Source: a virus. Taken from it: a stretch of DNA of 34,923 nt. The notes under the pieces are model-generated. The model did not search any database, had not been told where the DNA came from, and saw only the letters and a program-made list of their open reading frames with translations. The stretch lies in UHGV virus genome UHGV-0207028; one strand, written 5' to 3'. This document shows positions 16,400 through 26,192 of this stretch, one piece after another; the stretch's first letter is position 1, and each line of letters opens with the position of its first letter. Position numbers and translations under genes: made by a program.

Positions 16400-17920
16400 C
16401 TATCCCTCCGTTACCATCCTGACGCCAACGCGTTGCTTTTCCTTGTTGTTGAACCTATATACCAGCTGTCCGAACTTCGTACCATCCACAATCAGGTCCG
16501 CCTTAAGTGTCTGGTTCCCACCGATACCTCCCATCTCCTCGATTGCTTCCTTGAAGGCCTGTTTCATGGCCTGGACCGGACTGACGATTTCTGTGTCACG
16601 GTTATTATCCCCCAGTATTGCAGCAAACTCACCTGCACGGGGTGGCACTACGGTTCCGGTTGCCAGACGCGGCATACGATAAGAGGATACCGGCATTGCA
16701 TAAGCAGATACCGGACCAGTGCTTCTCCCTCCATATCCACCGGAATATCCCATGGATGCCGCACGCTTTCCTGCGTTGATGGCTATTGTTGCTGCCGCAA
16801 TCCCTGCAGCCAGGGAAGCAGCTACCACACCTGCCCCTACTCCCCCTGCCAATGCACCCAATGCAACCGCCAGGATTCCTACTGCCGATGCGGCCGCCAA
16901 TATACCGGCAATCACTTTTTCTTCCGGGGTCATGTTCCCCCAGTTCCTGGCCAGGATGGCAATCAGGGATATGATTCCAGATACCGCAAGGACGAGTGGA
17001 TTGATGTTTGACACGGTCCTGACCAATAATGAGATGACACGCTCCCCGATTCCCAGGAATCCTCCAAGCCTGGTTATCAGCCCTGCCATCCCTGCAACGA
17101 ATTCAGAAAACTTCCATGCTGCAAAGAAGGCAAGCACTGCAAGTGTTATGTTCTCAACATCAGTCTGATGCCTTGATATCCAATCGGAGAGCTGCGTCAG
17201 CCATTCCACGATTTTCTGGATTGCCTTCAGGAACAGGTCCCCTGTCCATTTTGCTAACGGCTGAAGGAATTCATCCCATAACCATATCGCCAGCGGTTTC
17301 AACGCATTCAATATTGAATCCAGTACTTTCAATGCGGCGGATATCAGGTCAAAAGCAGCCGGTACACCATTCTCCAGTCCCCATTTAGCCAATGGAAGCA
17401 GGATGTCCCTCAATAGCCATAAGAGTATATCCCCAACCTTGCTCACGATTGGCCTAAGGCTTACCAGGACTCCATCAAATGACTTAAGTAAAGGTGAAAA
17501 ATCCAGTGTCTCAGACCATATCCTGATTTCCCCTGTGGCATCCCGGAAAAACCCGGTCACCTCTATCAGTAAGTCCCCCAGATGACGCATGATAAGCAGC
17601 CCGGTATCCCCGCTCTCCCATGCCCGGTCAAAACCATCCGCCAGGTTCCCAACTGTGTAAAGCAGGTTCGATACGGAAACCAGCACATCATCCGTGACTG
17701 CTTTCCCATATCCCTCTCTTTCCCAGACAGTCATGAAGGTCCTTCCCACATCACTTCCAAGTCTATTCAGGCGGTCAAGGGCGTACCCTGCGGCATCGAT
17801 GACCGCGGATCCATTCTCATCCCAGGACTGGCGCATGGGGTCAAAGAGGCCTGCAAGGATGCCTTTTACTGTATCCGCAAACCTTACGATTTTCCCTTCT
17901 ATTTCAACTGTTTCAAACAT
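16400..17920 (-). CDS. Tape measure protein, C-terminal portion (Gly/Ala-rich TM segments)
   Basis: 506 aa. The long hydrophobic GxxxG/Ala-rich block (GILAAASAVGILAVALGALAGGVGAGVVAASLAAGIAAATIA) is typical of TMPs. It starts 37 nt after the stop of the upstream TMP fragment. Confidence 0.75.
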   Translation of the reverse strand: MFETVEIEGKIVRFADTVKGILAGLFDPMRQSWDENGSAVIDAAGYALDRLNRLGSDVGRTFMTVWEREGYGKAVTDDVLVSVSNLLYTVGNLADGFDRAWESGDTGLLIMRHLGDLLIEVTGFFRDATGEIRIWSETLDFSPLLKSFDGVLVSLRPIVSKVGDILLWLLRDILLPLAKWGLENGVPAAFDLISAALKVLDSILNALKPLAIWLWDEFLQPLAKWTGDLFLKAIQKIVEWLTQLSDWISRHQTDVENITLAVLAFFAAWKFSEFVAGMAGLITRLGGFLGIGERVISLLVRTVSNINPLVLAVSGIISLIAILARNWGNMTPEEKVIAGILAAASAVGILAVALGALAGGVGAGVVAASLAAGIAAATIAINAGKRAASMGYSGGYGGRSTGPVSAYAMPVSSYRMPRLATGTVVPPRAGEFAAILGDNNRDTEIVSPVQAMKQAFKEAIEEMGGIGGNQTLKADLIVDGTKFGQLVYRFNNKEKQRVGVRMVTEG

Positions 17921-17954
17921 CTGGTCCGGGGTAGGTGGTTTGTATGTACCGGGA

Positions 17955-19196
17955 TCACTCCCCCCCCTGCGCCTGAATCAGGTCATCGAATGCGAAGGCA
18001 AGCTTCTTGGTCTCTTTTTCCTTTTCTTTCAGTTCCTCATTTGTTTCCTTAAGTGAAGCCGCATAATCCTCTTCGACATCCACCGCTTTCACGAACGTAC
18101 TCCTGCCTGTCAGCGCCGCGATGAACTGGCCCGCATAGGTTGCTGCGGCAGAAAGCAGGTCAATCATCTGTTTTAATGCCGGTGCCGCTGTATGTAAAAC
18201 CGGAGCAAACGCCGTGGCAAAGCTGTTCTTCAGTTTCGTATTGGCCGACATTAACAAGGATATGCTCCTGTTCGTATCGTCTGAATACCTGGCAAGATTC
18301 TGGAACCCTTCCTGTGCTGCCTTAATGGCCGCACGCATGGCCATACGGATGACCATCAGACGCAACATGCTGGATAGACGAATGACGGCTTTTGTGAACG
18401 GGATGGCCCCTTTTGCAGAAGCCCTCTGCATGTTCCCGCCCAGCCTATTCGTGGAGGTCGATGCCTTTTTCTGTGCGCTGTCCATTCCAATCAATGACTT
18501 TTTATACTTCTCGGCTGCCGCCCTTGCAAGCATAATCCCCCTGTACGCCTTGTCATACTCTGCATCCCCTAAACCAAGGCCCTTCTGCTCTGCATAATAC
18601 AATGATTCCTGATAGCGGTCTATCTCATCCTGGAATGTCCTTGTCTTGGACCGTACCCCATCCATTGCCGCCCCCGCACGTCCAAAGAGCGCTACAATGT
18701 TTCCCGGGAAGCGCTTGAATGACTCAACCGCAAGATTCATGGAATCCTTTAGCCCTACTACTGCATCCCCTTCCTTTCGTGTCTCAGCGGTTACCGTTGC
18801 GGATGCCTGTCTGGCGGCAGCCTCCAGTTCCCGGTTCTTCGCAATGATGGCATCTACATCATTCCCATAAATATCATAGCGTTTCCCATCATCAGGAATG
18901 GATGATGGCGTCTCATTATTATTCGTAATGGTCCCCGAAAAGGTTTCTGCCTTTTCCTTTTTGAGCCGTTCCAGTTCATCCCTGGCTTTTTTTGCCGCAT
19001 CTGTTACACCATCCACCTGTCTCGCCATTGTACCAGCCGAGGCCCCGGATGAGGAGAATGCATGATCCATCCTGGCGGACAGGCTTTCAATTGCCGCAGT
19101 AAGCCTTTCTGCTGCCTTTAGGAGACTGTCATTCCCTTTTTCAAAGCCTGCAGTGTCCACTTTTGTGTCAAACTTTAAGCTTCCGTCCGTTTCCAC
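17955..19196 (-). CDS. Tape measure protein, N-terminal portion (GTG start), ending right after a G8 homopolymer
   Basis: 413 aa, Ala/Lys/Glu-rich coiled coil. It ends GGGGGGGGAGTGA (17957-17967). Deleting one G fuses it in frame to the 16400-17920 ORF. Confidence 0.7.
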   Translation of the reverse strand: METDGSLKFDTKVDTAGFEKGNDSLLKAAERLTAAIESLSARMDHAFSSSGASAGTMARQVDGVTDAAKKARDELERLKKEKAETFSGTITNNNETPSSIPDDGKRYDIYGNDVDAIIAKNRELEAAARQASATVTAETRKEGDAVVGLKDSMNLAVESFKRFPGNIVALFGRAGAAMDGVRSKTRTFQDEIDRYQESLYYAEQKGLGLGDAEYDKAYRGIMLARAAAEKYKKSLIGMDSAQKKASTSTNRLGGNMQRASAKGAIPFTKAVIRLSSMLRLMVIRMAMRAAIKAAQEGFQNLARYSDDTNRSISLLMSANTKLKNSFATAFAPVLHTAAPALKQMIDLLSAAATYAGQFIAALTGRSTFVKAVDVEEDYAASLKETNEELKEKEKETKKLAFAFDDLIQAQGGE

Positions 19197-19244
19197 TTCA
19201 TCACCCCATTCCAGGACATAAAAATAAGACGCCCAACCTACGCC

Positions 19245-19805
19245 TTATCCCAATAGCTTATTCCAATAATCAATCTCCGCCTGTTCCTCTTCGGTATACC
19301 TTTTCCTTAGGTCACAGAGTTTCCGGTTGTTCCTATAAAACTCCTGCTCCCATTTCTCCAGTTTCTTCCCCTTAACCTTCTTCTGCCGGATACCGACAAC
19401 AGTCGAAAACGTACCATCATCAATTTCCATGAAATATCCCATGAAGGTCCACCAATGCATGTACTCGGTGTTTCTGACTTCCTGTCCAGCCACCTTGTTG
19501 ACTGCAGGGAATACCAGGCTTTCGTCCTGTTCCCAATCCATCACCTTCACCGGTGATGGGTTATCCGTCTCCTGCTGTCCACAATCCAGGAACCATAGGG
19601 CCTTTTCAATTGCCTCAGGGATTGCCTCAGGGGGTATTCCATCCGGTTCCTCATACAGTATGGTCAGCATTACATCATACTTTTCGCGTGGACTCAGTTC
19701 CTGATCGTTAAATGCCTGCATTATGACCAGGACATCGCGGAAATCAGGGCGTATTTTCTGTTCTGTCCCTGCCACTACAAGGGAGGTTGGCAACCGCCCG
19801 ATCAT
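19245..19805 (-). CDS. Phage Gp15-family protein (tail assembly)
   Basis: 186 aa. It lies between the chaperone gene and the tape measure gene, as in A118-like phages. Confidence 0.5.
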   Translation of the reverse strand: MIGRLPTSLVVAGTEQKIRPDFRDVLVIMQAFNDQELSPREKYDVMLTILYEEPDGIPPEAIPEAIEKALWFLDCGQQETDNPSPVKVMDWEQDESLVFPAVNKVAGQEVRNTEYMHWWTFMGYFMEIDDGTFSTVVGIRQKKVKGKKLEKWEQEFYRNNRKLCDLRKRYTEEEQAEIDYWNKLLG

Positions 19806-20248
19806 TTATGATACCCGGCTGTATATTTATCCATGCGGGCTTGACTGTCTCTTGCAAATGCATCTATCTCTTCCTCTATGATCTGCATGGCGGGGAACAG
19901 GAATGCCTCGAAGAGAAAATATTTATCTTTTCCTACTATGCATAAGGGTGACTGCCCATCAAACACAATATCATAGACATCCGCGTTGAAGATATAATTC
20001 AGTTCATGGCGAAGCATGGCATCAAAATTCTCCAGGACATCCGCTGTCCCTTCATCACTGTTTACTGGCGTTCCGTCTGCATTCAGTTTAATATCCTTTA
20101 TTTCTGCCTGCCATTCTGAAATCCGTTTAGTAGCCTCTTTGGCCCGGACCTTCATGTTCAGGTCTCCAGGATTGAATCTGATTACCCGGGACTCATCTCC
20201 ATTGATTGCAAATGATTTAAGCCCATCGTCAAAATTTATACTTCTCAT
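19802..20248 (-). CDS. Tail assembly chaperone
   Basis: 148 aa and acidic. It lies immediately downstream of the major tail gene. ATGA overlap with the next gene. Confidence 0.5.
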   Translation of the reverse strand: MRSINFDDGLKSFAINGDESRVIRFNPGDLNMKVRAKEATKRISEWQAEIKDIKLNADGTPVNSDEGTADVLENFDAMLRHELNYIFNADVYDIVFDGQSPLCIVGKDKYFLFEAFLFPAMQIIEEEIDAFARDSQARMDKYTAGYHK

Positions 20249-20257
20249 ATAGCCTCC

Positions 20258-20758
20258 TTATACATCAGCCGTAAACGTCTTTGTGGAAAGGACGAACTTA
20301 CCTTTAACCCGATTCCCTATATGATGCAGGTTGAATGGAATCTGGTATCCCGTTGTATCCCCTCCATAACTGGATACTTCAATGATTGCGTCCTCCTTAT
20401 AGGCTACATACGTGCCATCTGCAGCCTCAACCGGCTCCCACAGATGCACCTCCAGGACGCTGGTCTTAAGGTCATCCAGTGTCTTCCTCTCGTCCACGAT
20501 GGCCTGTAATCGGTCAAACAACGGTTCCCCTATCTCAGCATAGTACGGGTCTGTGGATGCCTGTGGCTGATAGCTATCCAGAATAACAGATGTCTCCCCA
20601 ATGATATTGTTCTTTGTATTTACATTGGCATTCATTTCAATGATGAACTCTTCCAAATCCTTTCCCAACCGGCTATAATCAGGCTTACCTGCGGATTGAA
20701 GGGCCGTATCGATATAATGCGCCATGAACTTTCTTTTGATTTTCCCTGTCTCAGGCAT
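20258..20758 (-). CDS. Major tail protein
   Basis: 166 aa. Its position between the tail terminator and the chaperones is canonical. Confidence 0.6.
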   Translation of the reverse strand: MPETGKIKRKFMAHYIDTALQSAGKPDYSRLGKDLEEFIIEMNANVNTKNNIIGETSVILDSYQPQASTDPYYAEIGEPLFDRLQAIVDERKTLDDLKTSVLEVHLWEPVEAADGTYVAYKEDAIIEVSSYGGDTTGYQIPFNLHHIGNRVKGKFVLSTKTFTADV

Positions 20759-21211
20759 TTAAAATTCCTCGCTTTCTATTTTGTAGGTCACCTGTATCTG
20801 TATCTGATACAGGATTCCATCGTTAACTGTCTCTCCCATGGGCTGCATGGCCATTGCGTTGGATGTGGTGGCCTTCAGGAACCTTGCTTCCAACTCCTGC
20901 CCTCCGATATTGGCAATAAGGCCACCCTCTTCAGGCAGCTGTTCCAGCCAGTAGCCAAGTTCCAAGAGAAAATTGCTGTTGGCCAGCCGGCAGTAATCCG
21001 TGAAGGATGGCGCCACCGCGTACATGGCGAAGTTGTGGCGCCGGGTCTGGTTACCCAGCATGTCCTCCTTGACCAGGCTGTCCCCATTGCTGGACAGGCC
21101 ATAACTGGAGCCTGGCTCCGTGAAGTCCACATGGATATCACCATCGACCAGGAACTCCGATATCTTCGGATACTCTGTTAATTTCTGCCTCATGAAATCT
21201 ATGATTGTCAT
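20759..21211 (-). CDS. Tail terminator / minor capsid protein
   Basis: 150 aa. Position in the head-tail joining block. Confidence 0.45.
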   Translation of the reverse strand: MTIIDFMRQKLTEYPKISEFLVDGDIHVDFTEPGSSYGLSSNGDSLVKEDMLGNQTRRHNFAMYAVAPSFTDYCRLANSNFLLELGYWLEQLPEEGGLIANIGGQELEARFLKATTSNAMAMQPMGETVNDGILYQIQIQVTYKIESEEF

Positions 21212-21633
21212 ATATGTCCTCCTCTGCCTATCAGTTCCTGAGCTGCCTGCAGGATATCATCCTTATGGTCGGCCTTCATACGGTCGAACCACTTCTTGCC
21301 ACGCATCGGGGCACCGGCATAGGTGAGTTCCCGGTCCGTAGGGACTTTTATCTCGTTTTTCTTTGCCCAAGGGCTGCCTGTTGTCGGCGATACATACAGG
21401 ATACCCTCATGCAGGCAATGGGCATAAGGACCTGGGGTGTCAATCTGCCCGGAGCCAATCACTGTAGACAGCACCATCATATGCTCCAGTTCCCCTGCCT
21501 GTCTGCGCGGCATGTAGCCGCTCATGTACCACATGGTCTCGCTATCAACCAGACGCTGCACCGGGCCGCCATCCTGCAGCCCATGGTTCCTTTTGATAGT
21601 CTCTGCAGTGCTTATGTTAAATTCCACCTTCAC
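21208..21633 (-). CDS. Tail completion protein (HK97 gp10-like)
   Basis: 141 aa. Position. Confidence 0.45.
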   Translation of the reverse strand: MKVEFNISTAETIKRNHGLQDGGPVQRLVDSETMWYMSGYMPRRQAGELEHMMVLSTVIGSGQIDTPGPYAHCLHEGILYVSPTTGSPWAKKNEIKVPTDRELTYAGAPMRGKKWFDRMKADHKDDILQAAQELIGRGGHI

Positions 21634-21644
21634 AGCCCCAACTC

Positions 21645-22025
21645 CTACTTACAGGCCAGTTCATAATGCTGCACGGACTCGCTGCCGTACAGCCTCTCAT
21701 CCACCGTGACCACCGTCAGGAACCCATGCGCAGCCTTAAGGGCCGCCAGGGACTTCGACATGGCCTCCTGGCTACTGCAGTCTATCCCATCCTCAATAAT
21801 ACCCTTTACAACCAGGTCCTTACCCTGTGTCAGTTTTATGGGGCCGTCCAGGCTTTCCAGTGGGATGACCAGGAGGACGGATGTGCCGTCCCGCTGGCCA
21901 GTCTTAAGATAGGTGGACTGTCTCACATCCTCCCAGTACACACCCTCTATGGGCATCCTGGTGTACTTCTCGGCCTTCCCTTCCTTACCATACAGGTACA
22001 GTGTCACATCCACATTGGTATACAT
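21645..22025 (-). CDS. Head closure / head-tail adaptor protein
   Basis: 126 aa. Position. Confidence 0.45.
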   Translation of the reverse strand: MYTNVDVTLYLYGKEGKAEKYTRMPIEGVYWEDVRQSTYLKTGQRDGTSVLLVIPLESLDGPIKLTQGKDLVVKGIIEDGIDCSSQEAMSKSLAALKAAHGFLTVVTVDERLYGSESVQHYELACK

Positions 22026-22026
22026 A

Positions 22027-22398
22027 TCACACCCCCTGGTAACACAGGCCGGTATCCGCCAGCCATTTCATGATGATGTTACGCTGTTCCCTTCTGGTTG
22101 CCGCGGCAGATTCCTGGGCGCTGACAAAGCTGACTGAATAAGTGCCATTCTTCTCCGATGTCTTCCCTCCGGATTCCTTCTGCTGCTTCTCCATACGGTA
22201 CTCGGATTCCGCCAGTTCACAGCAGCACATCTGTACTGCCTCCGGTATCTCCACTATATCCTTCAGGCAGCTGAACGTATAACGGTCAATGACCTGGCTG
22301 GCAGACTGGGCGTAAAAAAGGAAGCCAGATGTGATAACCGGCTTCCTTCCCTTCAGATAATCGTTGATATAGTACATTTCGTCAGTATAAGCCTGCAT
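22027..22398 (-). CDS. Head-tail connector (gp6-like)
   Basis: 123 aa, immediately downstream of the major capsid gene. Confidence 0.5.
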   Translation of the reverse strand: MQAYTDEMYYINDYLKGRKPVITSGFLFYAQSASQVIDRYTFSCLKDIVEIPEAVQMCCCELAESEYRMEKQQKESGGKTSEKNGTYSVSFVSAQESAAATRREQRNIIMKWLADTGLCYQGV

Positions 22399-22411
22399 CG
22401 TGCCTGCCTCC

Positions 22412-23602
22412 TTACTGCTTGATGAGGGTTACGTCCTTTGTTACTGCTTCACCTGCTACAGTCACTGTCTCGGTAACCTGGCTGTAGCCTGATTTTTTAA
22501 TCTTTGCTGGATATATTCCCGCGCGGAGGTTAAACTCTGCCACGCCGGACGCGTCCGTCTTAACCCTAGAGCCATTCACATCCACAATTGCCCCATCAAT
22601 GGCTGCTGGTGCTTCGGCGTTATCCTTAACTGTAAAGGTCACCTTCTGGGTTGTAACCGGGCTTGTAGGCTCCAGGTAAGCGAATGGACACCCTACACGG
22701 TCTTCATCCATCCGGGTTGCTGGGTTCGGCAGTGCCCACCCCATCCGGAATACAATACGCAGGGCAACCATATCCTGCTGCGCCAGGTTGTAGACGATTT
22801 CTTTCGTTGTCGGGTCCTGAATGACACCCTGGTCCAGAATCTTTACCGTCACATCCTGACGGATGGAATACACCGCCTGCTTGAAATCACCAACAATCAG
22901 CTGCGCAATGGTGTTATCGTAGGCCCCATTCTGTGGGAAATACATCGGCGCGCCGTCTAATGCATAATTTGTGGAACCCTGCATGTCAGACTTAAAAATA
23001 AGGCTGCCGTCTGTTGCCCGGATGCCTCTCAGTTTCGCCCGCATGCTCATTGCAGCCAATGCTCCAGTTGCCATGAACCCATCTTCCTCAACTTTGGAAA
23101 TAACACCACCCTCGCCCAGGAGCAAGTTGTAATAATCCGGACTGGAACCCACTGCCACGTTGTTACCCGCCTGCCTGGCCAGCGTGATGATGTCATTCTG
23201 CCAGTTACGCGGGCGATTCACACCAAAGATGATGGCGCTATCCACGCGCTGCCCAATTGCCTCATTGACCCTCGGTGTAATCTCACCGAAGATGTCGAAC
23301 TCCGCATCATCCAGCACTGCCTCAGGAATCGGCACGATGACAGCCAGTTCCGCAGCCTCGATGAATACGTTATCCCAGGCCTGCCTGGTTGTCTGTTTCA
23401 TGCCAGTATCCCCATCCACCCAATAGGCCGTGGGCAGGAAATCAAGTACCCTCATCCGGGTCTGGTTGCTGGTCATGTTCGGCAGCTTCCGTGCCAGGGA
23501 CATGAAAGTAGACTGCTTCGGCGCGTCCTGGAAAATAGTTGAAATAACCTGCTCACGGATAATGGCCTCCGCGTCGGCCCTACTTGTAATATTTACAGCC
23601 AT
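22412..23602 (-). CDS. Major capsid protein (HK97 fold) with a C-terminal Ig-like / carboxypeptidase-regulatory-like decoration domain
   Basis: 396 aa. The C-terminal roughly 90 aa (TFTVKDNAEAPAAIDGAIVDVNGSRVKTDASGVAEFNL...) read as a Big/CarboxypepD_reg-like beta domain. Confidence 0.8.
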   Translation of the reverse strand: MAVNITSRADAEAIIREQVISTIFQDAPKQSTFMSLARKLPNMTSNQTRMRVLDFLPTAYWVDGDTGMKQTTRQAWDNVFIEAAELAVIVPIPEAVLDDAEFDIFGEITPRVNEAIGQRVDSAIIFGVNRPRNWQNDIITLARQAGNNVAVGSSPDYYNLLLGEGGVISKVEEDGFMATGALAAMSMRAKLRGIRATDGSLIFKSDMQGSTNYALDGAPMYFPQNGAYDNTIAQLIVGDFKQAVYSIRQDVTVKILDQGVIQDPTTKEIVYNLAQQDMVALRIVFRMGWALPNPATRMDEDRVGCPFAYLEPTSPVTTQKVTFTVKDNAEAPAAIDGAIVDVNGSRVKTDASGVAEFNLRAGIYPAKIKKSGYSQVTETVTVAGEAVTKDVTLIKQ

Positions 23603-23615
23603 ACTGTATTACCTC

Positions 23616-24149
23616 CTATTCTCTGCCTAAGATACTTCTTAAGGCATTGTTTGCTTGTGTCCTTATGTCGTCTGTCTTGTCTCCCCCTGGGCCAGGAGTT
23701 GGCGCAACCACGCGGGGAATACTGACGTCCTGAAACAGATAGCCCTTTTCCTTTTTGACTATTTCCAGGGCTGCCTTGATATCCGATTCCTGGTTCTTGC
23801 TGGCTTTCAGCTTATCCACATCCAAGAAAGGCATAACAGCTTTAATGTCCCTGGGCTTGAAGCCTTCCGCTGTGGATTTCAGAAGGTCGTTAAAATCACG
23901 TTCTGCCAGCTGCTTTTGGTACTCAGCATCCTTGTTGGCCAAGTCTGCCGTCAGGGTCTGTATCTTCCCCTGGAGCTCCGATATGTTTACGCCTTCAAAG
24001 CTCTTAAGGGTAGCTTGTGCTGCGGAAAGCTGGGACTTATAGGTATCCCTTTCCTGCTTAATCCCGTTGACGTCCTTTCCGTATTCGGCCATGACATAAT
24101 CAATCTGTTCCTGTGACAATCCTTTTGCCTGCAAATCCTCTGTCTTCAT
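23616..24149 (-). CDS. Scaffolding protein
   Basis: 177 aa. Alpha-helical and charged. N-terminal MKTEDLQAKGLSQEQIDYVMAEYGKDVNG is typical of GP20-type scaffold proteins. Confidence 0.7.
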   Translation of the reverse strand: MKTEDLQAKGLSQEQIDYVMAEYGKDVNGIKQERDTYKSQLSAAQATLKSFEGVNISELQGKIQTLTADLANKDAEYQKQLAERDFNDLLKSTAEGFKPRDIKAVMPFLDVDKLKASKNQESDIKAALEIVKKEKGYLFQDVSIPRVVAPTPGPGGDKTDDIRTQANNALRSILGRE

Positions 24150-24428
24150 CTTCTTTTCCTTTCCTGCCCGTCCTTAGGTTATTTATAGGTGTGTAACCAT
24201 CCACCAACGGCTGACTGTTTTAGGTCTCATCATCTGACCGATTTTTAAGCATAATAAAAGCACCTGACTAATCAGATGCTTCACTCTCCCGTTTGTATTT
24301 ATAATCCTTACATATATCCTCAGGCGGCTTTTGAGCCAAAACAACTTTCCTTGGTATGCCTTGCGGATATACCCTGCATTTCATACCCTTTTCACAGTAT
24401 TTACATTTTAGGCATATAGGAATCACAA

Positions 24429-26180
24429 TCACTGCTTTCGCCACCTTTCAATGTGTTTTATAACTAATTGCTTAGCTTCGTCCGGAACGGGCTCGTTATT
24501 CCTCATTCTCACAAATGCTTCAGCCAAGGCTTCAAATCCATCCTTCATGGTATCCGAATATCCAGATACCCCCGGAACATATTGACTTTCCAATCGCTCT
24601 TTGAAGGCATTGTAACCAGAAATAGTTTTAAATTGTTGGCCTGCCATTACGTGGGTCATTTCATGGATAGCATGGTCCTTGATGGTGCGGCCGGCAAAAT
24701 ATCCGGTCTCATAACCAGCCTTCACAATCCTTCTGAAGTCAGAGAAATTATAGCCTTTATTAATCACGAACTCAACTTCCCTTGACCCATGATTATCAAC
24801 TACCCTTGTCAGGTATGGGGTGTCAGGGAATCTGTCACTCACATCCTGCACTAACGCCCGGTCAATCCGAAGGTCATATTCCCGCTTCATTTCGTCTATT
24901 CCCGATTGGATTTCATCTACTATATCTGGGGTAATATTCTTTGCGTCCAAGGCTTCATTTGGAAGTCTTATCTCTTTTATTATATCATCTTTGGTATCCC
25001 CTGCAACTATATCCTTTGGCGCCCTCAACCGTTCACGCTGCTGCCGCAGCCCCATTTCCTTGGAAAAGTCCACATAGGTCTTGTTGGTCAGACGCAACCG
25101 GCACTTAGCCGCCGTGATATCCTCCTTGTCAGCTCCAGCCTTCTCCAATAACTCTACATCCTGTTTCTGTTTCCGGATGGTACGTTCCAGTTTTCGCTGA
25201 TGCTGTAATGCCGCATATGTGCCATATTCCCGGCCTCTATATACCCTCTTCTCATTTTCCTTCCGATTCTGTTCTGCCAGCCACTCATCCGTGTACTTAC
25301 GCTTGCTGATACCCGGAATGAAGGCGAAGGCTATATGGTAGCAGTTAATTCCTCCGAAACCTAACATCTGTCCTTTTCCACAGACAGTCCGCATCTCTTC
25401 AGAATTGTATACCTTCCCTTGCCAGCTCTGGTGATTGAGATATCCGGTTCCAGTGTTCCTGGCGCCCATGTGCCAGTCTACTTCACAGTAATCTGTCTGT
25501 AGTTCCTCCATGTTTTTCTCGTTGACCTTATCCGTCATCTGGGCCACACCGGTCATCACTGCACGCCTGGCTGCCACCTCTATGCGGTCTGACTTCCCGG
25601 ATGCATAATCCACAGTCCGGATGCCGCTGGCCGTCATCTCGTCAATCACCTCACCTATGGCCTGGCTGTACGTCCTGGTGCCGGTAGTGATTCCAAGCAT
25701 TGCCTTATCCAGGCTGCGCTCCAGGTATTCAGATAATGGAGTGAATACTTTCCTTCCGCCTATCGGGACATTGAAGCCTGTGGTCTGGGTGATGTTTTCC
25801 AGTGGCCTCAGGCTGTCCTTGGTCTGCCTCCTGGCAGCATCCACGACTTGCTGCAGCCATTGGTTGTCCTCATAGGGCTGGTAGTCCTTGCCAGCAGCCT
25901 CATAGATTGCCTTGTTGCGAATGTAGTCAGACTTGACCGCCTGTTCATAGATGTCATCCACCTGAAGACCCGCCTTTCTGATGCCCTCACCTATCAGCTG
26001 TTTGATTCGCGCCCGGCCTGCTCCAATGGCATCCATCCTCACCAACAGCCAGTCAATGAGCGGAGTTATCTGAGCAGCCGCCTGAATGCGCTGTATGATT
26101 TCATCCATGACGGACAGCTCCAGAGCCGTCATGGTGCGCTCCAATGGTTTGGGCAGCTTCTCCAGCTCCTCTGGTGTCAA
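24429..26180 (-). CDS. Minor head protein (SPP1 gp7 / MuF-like morphogenesis domain) with a roughly 280-aa C-terminal extension containing an HExxH (HEMTH) zincin-like motif
   Basis: 583 aa, immediately downstream of the portal gene. A MuF-type N-terminal half. The C-terminal half carries KDHAIHEMTHVMAG. Confidence 0.7.
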   Translation of the reverse strand: MTPEELEKLPKPLERTMTALELSVMDEIIQRIQAAAQITPLIDWLLVRMDAIGAGRARIKQLIGEGIRKAGLQVDDIYEQAVKSDYIRNKAIYEAAGKDYQPYEDNQWLQQVVDAARRQTKDSLRPLENITQTTGFNVPIGGRKVFTPLSEYLERSLDKAMLGITTGTRTYSQAIGEVIDEMTASGIRTVDYASGKSDRIEVAARRAVMTGVAQMTDKVNEKNMEELQTDYCEVDWHMGARNTGTGYLNHQSWQGKVYNSEEMRTVCGKGQMLGFGGINCYHIAFAFIPGISKRKYTDEWLAEQNRKENEKRVYRGREYGTYAALQHQRKLERTIRKQKQDVELLEKAGADKEDITAAKCRLRLTNKTYVDFSKEMGLRQQRERLRAPKDIVAGDTKDDIIKEIRLPNEALDAKNITPDIVDEIQSGIDEMKREYDLRIDRALVQDVSDRFPDTPYLTRVVDNHGSREVEFVINKGYNFSDFRRIVKAGYETGYFAGRTIKDHAIHEMTHVMAGQQFKTISGYNAFKERLESQYVPGVSGYSDTMKDGFEALAEAFVRMRNNEPVPDEAKQLVIKHIERWRKQ

Positions 26181-26192
26181 TCACATCACCGC

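Noticed and set aside
16376-18052. Plus-strand ORFs (211, 79, 149, 62, 90, 60, 156 and 120 aa) opposite the tape measure gene
   Set aside because: Shadow ORFs typical of Gly/Ala-rich TMP genes. No RBS. Biased Pro/Cys/Ser translations.
24290-24384. 39-aa minus-strand ORF (MKCRVYPQGIPRKVVLAQKPPEDICKDYKYKRESEASD) in the scaffold-MuF intergenic gap
   Set aside because: Only a weak RBS-like AAGGG 1 nt from the ATG. It could be a real small gene, for example immunity to the MuF C-terminal domain, but support is insufficient to call.
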